Part shown: piece by piece, positions 24,567-33,096 of the stretch | Layout of the letters: every line of letters starts with the position of its first letter | Position numbering within the stretch: position 1 is the first letter of the stretch | NCBI GenBank assembly: GCA_963658395.1 | Contig: CAVKPZ010000001.1 | Coordinates: forward strand, 1 to 38,700 | Source: Lachnospiraceae bacterium | Lineage (GTDB): Bacteria > Bacillota_I > Bacilli_A > RFN20 > CAG-826 | DNA length: 38,700 bases | Direction: 5' to 3' | Notes under the pieces: model-generated | What the model was told of the DNA's origin: nothing | Databases searched by the model: none | What the model saw: the letters and a program-made list of their open reading frames with translations, nothing else | Translations under genes and position numbers: made by a program

Positions 24567-25751
24567 TTAATCCAAAATCTCTTGTTCCAGCTTCACGTCA
24601 TTATCGAGCATGAATTGGATTGTTTCTTTGAATTCGATGAAGGCTTCCTCATTTAACATCTTGTTTAGTCTCTCCTTGTCGTTCGGGGTTAGCTTCTTTA
24701 GATTCCCAAAGTTGCTTTTTAGCTCTTCAATGCCCATTTTATATGGCTTTATGGGGATGCCTGTTTTCGCTCTTAGATTTACTAGAATCCAAAATCCTCC
24801 CGCATCGATGTCCCCAAAATGGAGATATTCTGCCTTTGGAAAAGCCTCATATAGTTTCACGAGAAGCTTTTGCTTCGTGTGGTTGTGGAAACCTGCTAAA
24901 TAGATGACCAACGCGTCCTTTTCTTTGAGCTCATAGAAGGAAGTGAGATTCTCAACCGTGATTACTTTCGTCAAATCGCCTGGCTCAAACTCGATTTTCT
25001 TGATCATCTCATCTGACAAAGAGAACTCAAAGCCAAGCTCATCCAAATCAATCAACGACTTGTTGATTCTGAACCTCAGCTTGTTCTTGAGGAGGACGTA
25101 TGAGGAGTTTTTGCCTAGGTTAAAGGACTCAAGAACCTCTTCATCCGTTAAATCTTCTAAGGAGGCGTACTTCCTAAGGATCTTGATGACTTTCCCTTCA
25201 ATCAATTCGAAAGTCTTGGAGTCCCCTAGATAATGGGTTGAGAAATCCCTTATCTTCGTCTCTTTATCCAAAAGGAAAAGGCTCTGCAGGGTTTTTAGAA
25301 TCAAATCCAACTGTTTTGCATCGTTAAAGAAAGATTTTGGATAGGTGTATTTCTCTTCGATGCTTTGCCGGATATCGGAGATAAAGTCAGCGACGAAGTT
25401 ATTGAAGCGATATTTGGATAAGACTTCCAAAACCTTGGCGTTCTCTTCCGCGGGGCTCGGGCGATGCAAATATTTATAGACCTCGTTCACGGAGTCGATA
25501 TTCAAGGTCAAAGATTTAAAGACATCGCCCTCGAATTCCGCTTGGATGAAACCAAACTTCTCTAATCTTTCAATAGAGGCGTTGTTCTTATCCGTGTATT
25601 TGTAGGAATCGTAACCGTTGTAAGAAGAAAGGACATCGTCCTTCGTGGTCAAGGTTATCTTCCTATTCACCTGGGTCCCGCCCCTAGAAAGTTTCGAGTT
25701 CTCGTATTTATCGAGCAGCTTGTTGAGAAGCTTTGTCTCGAAGTCACTCAT
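24567..25751 (-). CDS. jetD: Wadjet JetD (MksG-like; DUF3322 plus Toprim-like DUF2220 nuclease subunit)
   Basis: 394 aa. The C-terminal Toprim-like region has VITVENLTSF (Glu) and LHFGDIDAGGFWIL (DxD). It is the last gene of the four-gene operon and overlaps jetC by 8 nt. Confidence 0.8.
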   Translation of the reverse strand: MSDFETKLLNKLLDKYENSKLSRGGTQVNRKITLTTKDDVLSSYNGYDSYKYTDKNNASIERLEKFGFIQAEFEGDVFKSLTLNIDSVNEVYKYLHRPSPAEENAKVLEVLSKYRFNNFVADFISDIRQSIEEKYTYPKSFFNDAKQLDLILKTLQSLFLLDKETKIRDFSTHYLGDSKTFELIEGKVIKILRKYASLEDLTDEEVLESFNLGKNSSYVLLKNKLRFRINKSLIDLDELGFEFSLSDEMIKKIEFEPGDLTKVITVENLTSFYELKEKDALVIYLAGFHNHTKQKLLVKLYEAFPKAEYLHFGDIDAGGFWILVNLRAKTGIPIKPYKMGIEELKSNFGNLKKLTPNDKERLNKMLNEEAFIEFKETIQFMLDNDVKLEQEILD

Positions 25752-28700
25752 CTTCTTTGACCATCCTTTGGATTATGGGGATGTTGTTGTATTTGACGAT
25801 GCCGATGATGGTCTCGACGTAGGGACTGATCACGGAGAAGCGGTTGGAGGGAACGACGATGATAATCTGGATGTTGAGGTTTTTGTAGAACTCCATCAAA
25901 GACTTGATACGGCCTTCGTCCATGTTATTGAAGGCCTCGTCGAACACGACTTGGCATGTGCTTTCCACTTTGTTGCGGTCCTTGTTCATGAGCTCGTCGA
26001 AGCAAGAGGCGATGACGATGTAGAAAGGGGTCTGGGTTTCGCCACCGCTCTTCTCTCTGCTGATCTTCGAGAAATAGGTGACGTCCCCCCTCTTGTTCGT
26101 GATCTTGATGTCGTAATTCATGTAATTGCGGTAATCAAGGTAACGTTCGAGTTCCTTCTCGGCCTCGCTGCTATCGACCTCCATCGAGATCTTATCGAAA
26201 AGGTCTTTGATGAAAGAGACATCTTTTTCGTCCAAAACCTCGGTGAAAAGGTCATCCGCTTCAAGGAGCTTCCCCGAATTGATGATGCGGTAGTACTCGC
26301 AGAACTCATTGTCCTTCGTCGGGCCATAGCTGAATTCATAAACTTCCTCATCGTTTCCGAAGGGGTGCTTGGCAAGGCTCTTGTTGATGTTAGCGAGCTT
26401 CTTCTTCGCTTCCTGGATCTTCTCGTTCAGCTTGGAGATGAAGTCCTGCCTAAAGGAGTTCTCCGCTCTCTTGTAAGCATCGTTGGCTTCTCTTTCGTAT
26501 TGGACGATGTCCCGGTTCTTCAGCTCATAGTATTCATTGATGTAGTCTTTGATGTTATCAATGATGGCCACCAAAGAGGGCTTGTAGTTCGATGCGTAAG
26601 CGCTCATCTTCGCTTCTAAGTCTGGCTTGGATACGACGTTGGAGCGGAAGGCGTTCTCGTAGTCGGCGTTTATCTTCTCGACGTTCAGATGCTTGAGGTG
26701 ATTCAAATACTTGGGCAGGAGCTGCTGGTATTGGTCTTCGTCCACCCTCTTCTTTTCGCTTTGGAAGCGGGATTCCGAATCTTCAATGGCCTTCTCAAGG
26801 TTCTCGATTGAGCCAATGACCCTTCCTTTAGATTCCGAAAGCTGGTCTCTCTTGTCTTCCTTCTGACGTTTCAATAGGCCGAACTCGGATAGGCGTTTCT
26901 TGGCTTTCTCGATTTTCGAGGAGATTTCCAAAAGCCCTTTCTGCTTTTCATCGTCCTTGATTTCGTCTTTTAATTCCTGGATTGATTTTTGCTTCAGCTC
27001 GACCTTCGCCCAGTAGTTCTCCGTCTCCAAAAGGGCGTCGATCTTGCTCATTCTGGCATAGGACAATTTGCCATTGATCTCCGTTTGCTCGCCTTCGATG
27101 GAGGCGATCTCCGCTTTAAGAGCTTGGATCTCCTCTTGGAGCAAAGCGATCCTGACTTTGATGGATTCCCTTCCGATGTAGGGTTTTTTGTAGAGCTCAG
27201 GATCACAGGCTTTTAAGACGTGGCCGTCATAAGAAAACGCTTCTGGGGTGATGGCGGACTCATAATGTTCAAGCTCGCTTGAGGACTCCACGCAACGGGT
27301 ATTTGAAAGCAGGTAAGAGGCGTATTTCCTCGCGTAATCGTTTTTGACGTCGAGCTTGCTAAACAAGGTGTCTCCGTCTTTGGTCTTTCCTCCTTCAGGC
27401 AAAGATTTGACGTTCACCAGGCCAGAAAGATAGACCCTCTGTTTGTTTTTAGCTTGGTCTAAAGCGTTTCGGGCAACCTCGTAATATTTGGGATTGATGA
27501 TCAGATCGAATCGTTTTGAGGCGAGCTTCCCTTCTAGGGCATTCGCCCATTTCCGGTCGTTGATCTCTAGAAATTCGCAGAAAGGCGCGATGAGGGGCTC
27601 TCTGTCTTTCGGGAACGATTTGGAAACGGCCTCTTTCACGATCTTTAAGAGGTTATTGACGTCCTCGGGGTAGTTGTTGAGGCCTTTTTGGAGAAGGCAG
27701 AGCTCGCTTTCCTTATCTTTCAGGCTGCTCTTGTCTTCTTCAATTCGGAGGCTGTTCTTCGCTTTTTCGCTGTTCAGGCTTTCTTGCAATGAGGACAAAT
27801 CCCCTTGGTATTTCTTCAAATTGATGGAAAGAGAAGCGAAATCCTTGCTTTTGAAGTTCTCGGCGAGGGAGGATTTGATACCCAAGGCTTTGATGATTTT
27901 GAGCTCGCCGGCGATTTGGTTTTCGAATGTCTGGAGCTTGGCGCTTAACTCTAGTAGTTCCTTATGATAGGCATCTAGTTTAGTTTTCTTTTGCTGCAAG
28001 ACCTTGTAGGCCTCGTCGTTCTCCAAAAGGTTGATTTCGACGTGAGCGGAGTTGATGTCCTTATCTAGCTGAGCGATTTGCTCGCTTAAGGTTTTGCTTT
28101 CGTCGTCTAGTTTCGCGAGCTCCATCCGCTTGGCGTCCAAGTCGGCTTTGTAACTCTCGGCTTCCGCTTCGATTTTTAGGACGCCTAAATATTGGATGGA
28201 GGACAGATTCTCGACGTATTTCTCCGCTTTCGGGATGAAAAGAGCAAGGGCGTCCATCTTTTCTTGCTCTTTTAAGACGAGTCGGTGGATTTCTTGGTAG
28301 GAACGGATCTCTTCCCTCATGCTGTCCAGGCTGATGTTGTTTTGGCTCAGCAAAAAGCTGTTCACGAAGGTAGAGACTTCGGAGATCGGCTTAAAGGAAA
28401 TCGCGCTGGAAAGCAGGTCGAAATAACGGTTGTAGTCCTCTAACTTGAAGAGGTCTCTTCCGATTGCCCTGCGGATTTCCCTCTTGCTCCCGTTCAGCGG
28501 CTGGAAGTCATATCTCATCGCCTGGGCGTGTGCTTTGAATTCCTTAAAGGTGAGGGCTTTCTTGTTTTTCAGATAGTCCCCTTCTTCGATCTCATGGTCA
28601 TTGATCAAGAAGAAATTGGGTTTTGGCTCGGAGGAGAAAAGCTCAATCACGACCCCGAGAACCAAGGATTTCCCGCTCTTTTTGTCGCCACACTCCAAGG

Positions 28701-28977
28701 CGATATAGCTCACGATGTCGTTTTCTGGACGGAGAAAAGTGTTGTTCTCGCTTCCGATTTTGCCTCTAACGTAGGTCTCGATCGTCCTTTGCCCGCCTTC
28801 GCTCGCGGCTTTGTTGAAGTTCCTTTTGTCCCCACCAGACAAGACGAAATAGATCGCGTCCATCAAGGTCGATTTGCCACAGGCGTTCTCCCCTGTGATC
28901 AAGGTGTTGCCCTCGATGGCGATCGTGCTATTGGTGAAGATGTGCCAGTTGATGAGCTTAATCTTCTTCAGTTTCAT
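25744..28977 (-). CDS. jetC: Wadjet JetC (SMC/MukB-like ABC ATPase)
   Basis: 1077 aa. The N-terminal head is MKLKKIKLINWHIFTN...ITGENACGKSTLMDAIYFVL (Walker A). A coiled-coil of about 700 aa follows. The C-terminal head has SGGETQTPFYIVIAS (signature) and VVFDEAFNNMDEGR (Walker B). Confidence 0.85.
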   Translation of the reverse strand: MKLKKIKLINWHIFTNSTIAIEGNTLITGENACGKSTLMDAIYFVLSGGDKRNFNKAASEGGQRTIETYVRGKIGSENNTFLRPENDIVSYIALECGDKKSGKSLVLGVVIELFSSEPKPNFFLINDHEIEEGDYLKNKKALTFKEFKAHAQAMRYDFQPLNGSKREIRRAIGRDLFKLEDYNRYFDLLSSAISFKPISEVSTFVNSFLLSQNNISLDSMREEIRSYQEIHRLVLKEQEKMDALALFIPKAEKYVENLSSIQYLGVLKIEAEAESYKADLDAKRMELAKLDDESKTLSEQIAQLDKDINSAHVEINLLENDEAYKVLQQKKTKLDAYHKELLELSAKLQTFENQIAGELKIIKALGIKSSLAENFKSKDFASLSINLKKYQGDLSSLQESLNSEKAKNSLRIEEDKSSLKDKESELCLLQKGLNNYPEDVNNLLKIVKEAVSKSFPKDREPLIAPFCEFLEINDRKWANALEGKLASKRFDLIINPKYYEVARNALDQAKNKQRVYLSGLVNVKSLPEGGKTKDGDTLFSKLDVKNDYARKYASYLLSNTRCVESSSELEHYESAITPEAFSYDGHVLKACDPELYKKPYIGRESIKVRIALLQEEIQALKAEIASIEGEQTEINGKLSYARMSKIDALLETENYWAKVELKQKSIQELKDEIKDDEKQKGLLEISSKIEKAKKRLSEFGLLKRQKEDKRDQLSESKGRVIGSIENLEKAIEDSESRFQSEKKRVDEDQYQQLLPKYLNHLKHLNVEKINADYENAFRSNVVSKPDLEAKMSAYASNYKPSLVAIIDNIKDYINEYYELKNRDIVQYEREANDAYKRAENSFRQDFISKLNEKIQEAKKKLANINKSLAKHPFGNDEEVYEFSYGPTKDNEFCEYYRIINSGKLLEADDLFTEVLDEKDVSFIKDLFDKISMEVDSSEAEKELERYLDYRNYMNYDIKITNKRGDVTYFSKISREKSGGETQTPFYIVIASCFDELMNKDRNKVESTCQVVFDEAFNNMDEGRIKSLMEFYKNLNIQIIIVVPSNRFSVISPYVETIIGIVKYNNIPIIQRMVKEDE

Positions 28978-29602
28978 CTTCGTCTCCTCCTTTCGAGGCG
29001 TTGTAGGTCGCCAGTTTGCTCTTCAGCATGTCGACGTTATCAATCTTCACGACGTAAAGAATCGTCGGGTAGATGGTGACGATGGAGTCTTCGCTCATCT
29101 CCGAGAAGGCGAAGTTGATGATTTTGTAACGGCGCAAAACCCTAAGGGAATTGTAGATTTCCTTGTTGCTTGGTTGGATGCGATAGATGGCGGTTTTGTT
29201 GATCTCCAAGACCAAATCCCCCACTTTTGCGACGATATCGGAACCCGAATACACCTTCTCGTTGGCTTTGTGATAGAGGAGCCTCAGGATGAGGAGGAGT
29301 ATGGTTTCTAGCTTCTTTAGCTTGACCCTGTTCTTATCCGCGGTCGTTTGGATATAGAAGACCTTGTATTGATCCACATGGATGAGGTCGTAATCAATCA
29401 AGGAGAAGTAACTCGAAATCGCATCCTTCATGGTCAAGGTTTCATAGTAATCGTTTTTGTCCTCAGGCTTTGAGCCGTAGATAAAGGTCTCGTTCAGAAG
29501 TTTGTTGCAGATTCTGGAAAAGTTGTTTTTGCGGGTATCCGTCAAGCCGTTGTAGGCTTCGCTGAAGTGCTCGCAGACTAGGTTTCTTGCTACGTTGGCC
29601 AT
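28958..29602 (-). CDS. jetB: Wadjet JetB (MukE-like, DUF4194)
   Basis: 214 aa with an acidic C-terminal tail (GGDEDETEED). Its position between jetA and jetC, its size and its pattern (KLLNETFIY...YFSLIDYDLIHVDQYKVFYIQT) fit DUF4194. It overlaps jetC by 20 nt. Confidence 0.7.
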   Translation of the reverse strand: MANVARNLVCEHFSEAYNGLTDTRKNNFSRICNKLLNETFIYGSKPEDKNDYYETLTMKDAISSYFSLIDYDLIHVDQYKVFYIQTTADKNRVKLKKLETILLLILRLLYHKANEKVYSGSDIVAKVGDLVLEINKTAIYRIQPSNKEIYNSLRVLRRYKIINFAFSEMSEDSIVTIYPTILYVVKIDNVDMLKSKLATYNASKGGDEDETEED

Positions 29603-29604
29603 GT

Positions 29605-30987
29605 TTATTTCCTTTCGATGATGTAGTCGCTCATGAGATATCCGAATTTAGTGTATGGCTGGTCTTCTTTGACGATGCGGTAACCGATGTTCGGGTTCTG
29701 CGAGTAAAGATGGATCAAGAACACTTTGAATAGCCACTCCACTTCCGGGGTGTCGATGTCCTTCGTATGGATCTGGCTTTTGCCTCGCAACGCGGCGAGG
29801 ACGAACCGGTTGATCTTATCCACGGAGTACTCGCTGTCTTTAAATAGACGCTCGGTAAGCCTCTTGACTTCCTCTTCGTCCACGATCGGATTTTCAATGA
29901 TCTGCGTGAGCTTTGGCTTGCCTTTTTTGCTCTGCGGGGCGAACAAAGAGTATTCGTCGATGTTGGAACAGGAACGCAAAGCGAAATCATCGAATTCCTT
30001 CGGGTCCGTCTCATCGAGCTTCCCGATCTCTTTCAGGCAATCCGTGATCCTGCCTTCGACGTCGGTCTCTTCATTAAGGAGGAAGTTAAGCCTTGAGCGC
30101 GCGGTGGTGATGTATTTGGTGTTCTTCCTATCAAGCGAGGCGATCGCGTCCTCGATGACGTCGAATTGGTCCCTGACGTAAAGGAGACGGCTAGCGAAGA
30201 AATCGCTGGCTTCAAGAAGGTTTTCCTCTGTCTTTATCCCAGAGCATTTCACCTCGATGTAGTTACTAACCATCCTTTCTTTTTTCTTGCTCAGAAGATC
30301 GTCGATCTTGCTTTGTATCTTGCCTCTATAACGGGAGGGGTTGTCCTTCTCCCTGAAGTTTTTGAAGGCTTTCAGGATGACTTTCTTCTGGTATTCGTAA
30401 AGAAGGGTCTCGAGGATTTCTTTCGGGGCTGCCTCGTGTTCCTTGATGAGCTTATCGAGGAACTTCTTGATGTTCGCGTTGAGCCCGCGGAGCATGGAGT
30501 TCAGCTCTCTGGAGGCGTTATAGACCTGCTCGACGATGTCGACCGCGTGGTCGAGGTTGAAGTTGTAAAGGTTGCTGTAGATGTTGTAGACGTAGCCGGA
30601 GAACTCCAAAGACTTGACGTCGTCTTTGACCGCGTTTTCCAAGGCTTCTAAGATCTTGATTCCGTTCTCGTCGAACTGATAAGTGATTCTCAGGCCTTCA
30701 TAGTCTTCGATGAGCCAGCCGCAGCGGACGAAATAATGGATTTTGTCGAAAGCCAGGGAACGGTTGTCCTTCTCCACTTCGTTGGTTTCGTCGTTCGTGA
30801 AAGAGATTGGGCAGTTCTCGAGATAATCCACGATCCATTCCGCCATCTGCTCTTTCTCGACCTGGATGTTCTCTAAAGACATTTTGGAGTTCAAAAGCTG
30901 CAGTAGGTCGTAATTGATTCTTTTGTTTTGATTCGTGAAAGGAAGGAAGAACTCGTCTTTGACTAGATCAAAGAAGTTGCTTGCCAT
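29605..30987 (-). CDS. jetA: Wadjet JetA (MukF-like kleisin)
   Basis: 460 aa. It is the first gene of the operon and stops 2 nt before the jetB ATG. Size and synteny fit. I cannot assign the Pfam family or Wadjet subtype by eye. Confidence 0.65.
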   Translation of the reverse strand: MASNFFDLVKDEFFLPFTNQNKRINYDLLQLLNSKMSLENIQVEKEQMAEWIVDYLENCPISFTNDETNEVEKDNRSLAFDKIHYFVRCGWLIEDYEGLRITYQFDENGIKILEALENAVKDDVKSLEFSGYVYNIYSNLYNFNLDHAVDIVEQVYNASRELNSMLRGLNANIKKFLDKLIKEHEAAPKEILETLLYEYQKKVILKAFKNFREKDNPSRYRGKIQSKIDDLLSKKKERMVSNYIEVKCSGIKTEENLLEASDFFASRLLYVRDQFDVIEDAIASLDRKNTKYITTARSRLNFLLNEETDVEGRITDCLKEIGKLDETDPKEFDDFALRSCSNIDEYSLFAPQSKKGKPKLTQIIENPIVDEEEVKRLTERLFKDSEYSVDKINRFVLAALRGKSQIHTKDIDTPEVEWLFKVFLIHLYSQNPNIGYRIVKEDQPYTKFGYLMSDYIIERK

Positions 30988-31139
30988 AACGTTTCCTCCT
31001 TTCTCTGCTTTTGAAGGGGGCTAACTGCCCCCTGAACAAATGCCTGCCCCCATATTGTAAAGAAAATATGCGCGCTCGCGCGAAGCGGTTTGCTAAAATC
31101 GCTTTGAGGAATACGTCTTTGTTCGTCATCGCATCTCCT

Positions 31140-31694
31140 ATGGACTACCTTCATCATTACGTTTCGCCCCTTGGAAACATGACCCTTGCTAGCGATGGGC
31201 AAAGTCTGATTGGCCTTTGGTTCGATGACCAAAAACACTTTGCCTGCACTCTTGAGGAGCCAGCCCAAGAGAAGGATTTGCCGGTCTTTGAGGAAACAAT
31301 CCGCTGGCTTGACATCTATTTCGAGGGAGGCGTCCCGGACTTTCTGCCCTCCCTTGCTCCAAGGGGCACCGCCTTCCAAAAGGAAGTCTGGGACGCCTTG
31401 CTCACGATTCCTTACGGGAAAACGATGACTTATGGGGATATCGCGAGGATTCTTGGAAAACGAAGGGGTTTTGTAAAGATGTCCGCGCAAGCTGTCGGCG
31501 GGGCGGTTGGCTATAACCCCATCTCTTTGATCATTCCTTGCCACCGCGTTGTCGGGACGAAAGGGAAACTAACTGGCTATGCAGGCGGCCTTGATAGAAA
31601 AGACAAATTGCTCACCTTAGAAAGAATAAACAATAATACGCCAGGAAGAACGGGCACAATGGTTGCTTCTCGAACATCATTTCTCGCCGGTTAG
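31140..31694 (+). CDS. ogt: Methylated-DNA--protein-cysteine methyltransferase (Ogt/MGMT)
   Basis: The real start is the ATG at 31140 (MDYLHHYVSPLG); the track ORF begins at 31011. TAFQKEVWDALLTIPYGKTMTYGDIA...NPISLIIPCHRVVG contains the PCHRV active site. Confidence 0.9.
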   Translation: MDYLHHYVSPLGNMTLASDGQSLIGLWFDDQKHFACTLEEPAQEKDLPVFEETIRWLDIYFEGGVPDFLPSLAPRGTAFQKEVWDALLTIPYGKTMTYGDIARILGKRRGFVKMSAQAVGGAVGYNPISLIIPCHRVVGTKGKLTGYAGGLDRKDKLLTLERINNNTPGRTGTMVASRTSFLAG

Positions 31695-31718
31695 TTACAG
31701 GGGAAGCAAACAAAGCAT

Positions 31719-33005
31719 TTAGTTCCCGCGGCTTGTTTTGAAAGATTCTTTTTCCTCCATCCGCTTTTTGTAATCCGGGAAAATCTCATCCCAGGGGTGC
31801 TCGATGACCATCGGGTGGGTCTTGCTAGCCTTCAGCTCAAGCCATTCCCGGTCGAGCCCGGCTTTTTTCCAACAGACAAAATCCTCATCGGGATCAATCG
31901 GGTCTGGACCGGAATCGTAGCGGCACATGGAGTAAAGCACCACCTCTTCGTAAGTGAGCGTCGGGTCGTCGTAGCTCATCATGAGAGGGATGTTCTTGCC
32001 GCCAAGTATGGCGGCGTCTTGGATTATCATCGGGTCGATAAGCATTGTCAGATCCTCCTGTTCGTCGCGAGCAGATTTATGTAATAGTCGTAAAGGCCGT
32101 CGCCCTTCCGTTTCCATTCTCATCCCGATTATGTAGTAGGTCCTCCCCGATTCAAGGAGGACCTCCTTGTCGCTGTTCTTTGCGGCGATCCCATGCGAGA
32201 TGGAAAGCGGCATCGCGGCCACCCCTTTCTCTAGGGTGACCGACAAATAGACGTGGCATAGTTCGGGATCGCTGCCGAACGCGTAGGCTTTCGCCGTCTC
32301 AAGACTCCTGCTTGTGCTCATGAAGCCGCGCTCGATTAACTCCACAGGCTTCCCCGTTTCGCGCATCTTTTCGAATGCCCTGTTCAATTTCCCGAGATAG
32401 GGATCGCCCGGCTTGAGACGCATGCCACGATAGAAGGTGATCATCTTGTCAATGACGAAAGCCGATATCGAGGCGTTCATCTCCTTAATAAAAGAGGCTA
32501 GTTCCTGCTCTGAGGCGCCCGGTGGGACCGCTCCGGATCTAAGGTAGCCGTTGGTGACCGCGCAGCTAAGGCCTTTTGATAAGTTTTCGCTGTGGGCCCG
32601 GATGGAGGCATGCTTGGAGGCGTCCCAGTCCGGCCTGGAATACGGGTTGTCCTTGATGAAGGCGTCGGAGAACTCCTCGGCGCTCCTCCTTTCGACAACA
32701 ACCTTTCTCTTTTGTCCTACAACAAAACTTTGAATCAAGACCCCAAGAGGGATCACCTCATTCAGATGTTCGTCGATTTCTTGAAGAAGAGGCCCGATGC
32801 TTTGGAGCGATTCAAGAAGGCCAAGACAAAAGAAATCGACGAAAATGATGTGAGGAGCATTTTCAAAGAGATTCCCATAGAAAGGGATGAGGATAAAATC
32901 ACGAACTTCATTTTGGGACGTTACCAATATCTGATGAGAACCAAAAGAAGTTAACCTAAAACACAATCTTAAAAATAGGTTAACTCCTTTCTTTTTGTTA
33001 CCCAT
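31719..33005 (-). CDS. R-S-E class ADP-ribosyltransferase (C3/VIP2 ADPrib_exo_Tox-like) with an unknown ~130-aa C-terminal domain; start codon uncertain
   Basis: In the 428-aa ORF, TFYRG gives R193, GFMSTSRS gives S230-T-S, and SDKEVLLESG gives D279-x-E281. The R-to-STS spacing is 37 aa and STS-to-xE about 50 aa. The helical lead-in is SENLSKGLSCAVTNGYLRSG. No signal peptide. The first ~90-100 codons look non-coding (see findings), and an in-frame TTG at 32738 is an alternative start. Confidence 0.65.
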   Translation of the reverse strand: MGNKKKGVNLFLRLCFRLTSFGSHQILVTSQNEVRDFILIPFYGNLFENAPHIIFVDFFCLGLLESLQSIGPLLQEIDEHLNEVIPLGVLIQSFVVGQKRKVVVERRSAEEFSDAFIKDNPYSRPDWDASKHASIRAHSENLSKGLSCAVTNGYLRSGAVPPGASEQELASFIKEMNASISAFVIDKMITFYRGMRLKPGDPYLGKLNRAFEKMRETGKPVELIERGFMSTSRSLETAKAYAFGSDPELCHVYLSVTLEKGVAAMPLSISHGIAAKNSDKEVLLESGRTYYIIGMRMETEGRRPLRLLHKSARDEQEDLTMLIDPMIIQDAAILGGKNIPLMMSYDDPTLTYEEVVLYSMCRYDSGPDPIDPDEDFVCWKKAGLDREWLELKASKTHPMVIEHPWDEIFPDYKKRMEEKESFKTSRGN

Positions 33006-33096
33006 TCCTTCTTTTCTGTTATATGTGACTTCTCTTTTCTTGACACCGAGCCTCCTTTGAATATCGTTTTGAGGCTAAGAAAAGAAGGTATATTGC

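Noticed and set aside
25645-26619. 324-aa plus-strand ORF inside jetC/jetD.
   Set aside because: It is antisense to the JetC head domain (Walker B/signature region). Its composition (D/V/L/F runs) is typical of the reverse frame of a K/E-rich gene.
30963-31544. 193-aa minus-strand ORF covering the jetA-ogt intergenic region and ogt.
   Set aside because: It is antisense to ogt, which carries the PCHRV active site. It has no SD and no recognisable domain.
31140-33005. Idea that ogt and the ART form a functional toxin/repair pair (DNA-base ADP-ribosylation reversed by an alkyltransferase-like protein).
   Set aside because: The genes are convergent (stops 24 bp apart), not co-transcribed. Ogt looks like a canonical enzyme with PCHRV. 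Nothing in the sequence supports a link beyond proximity.
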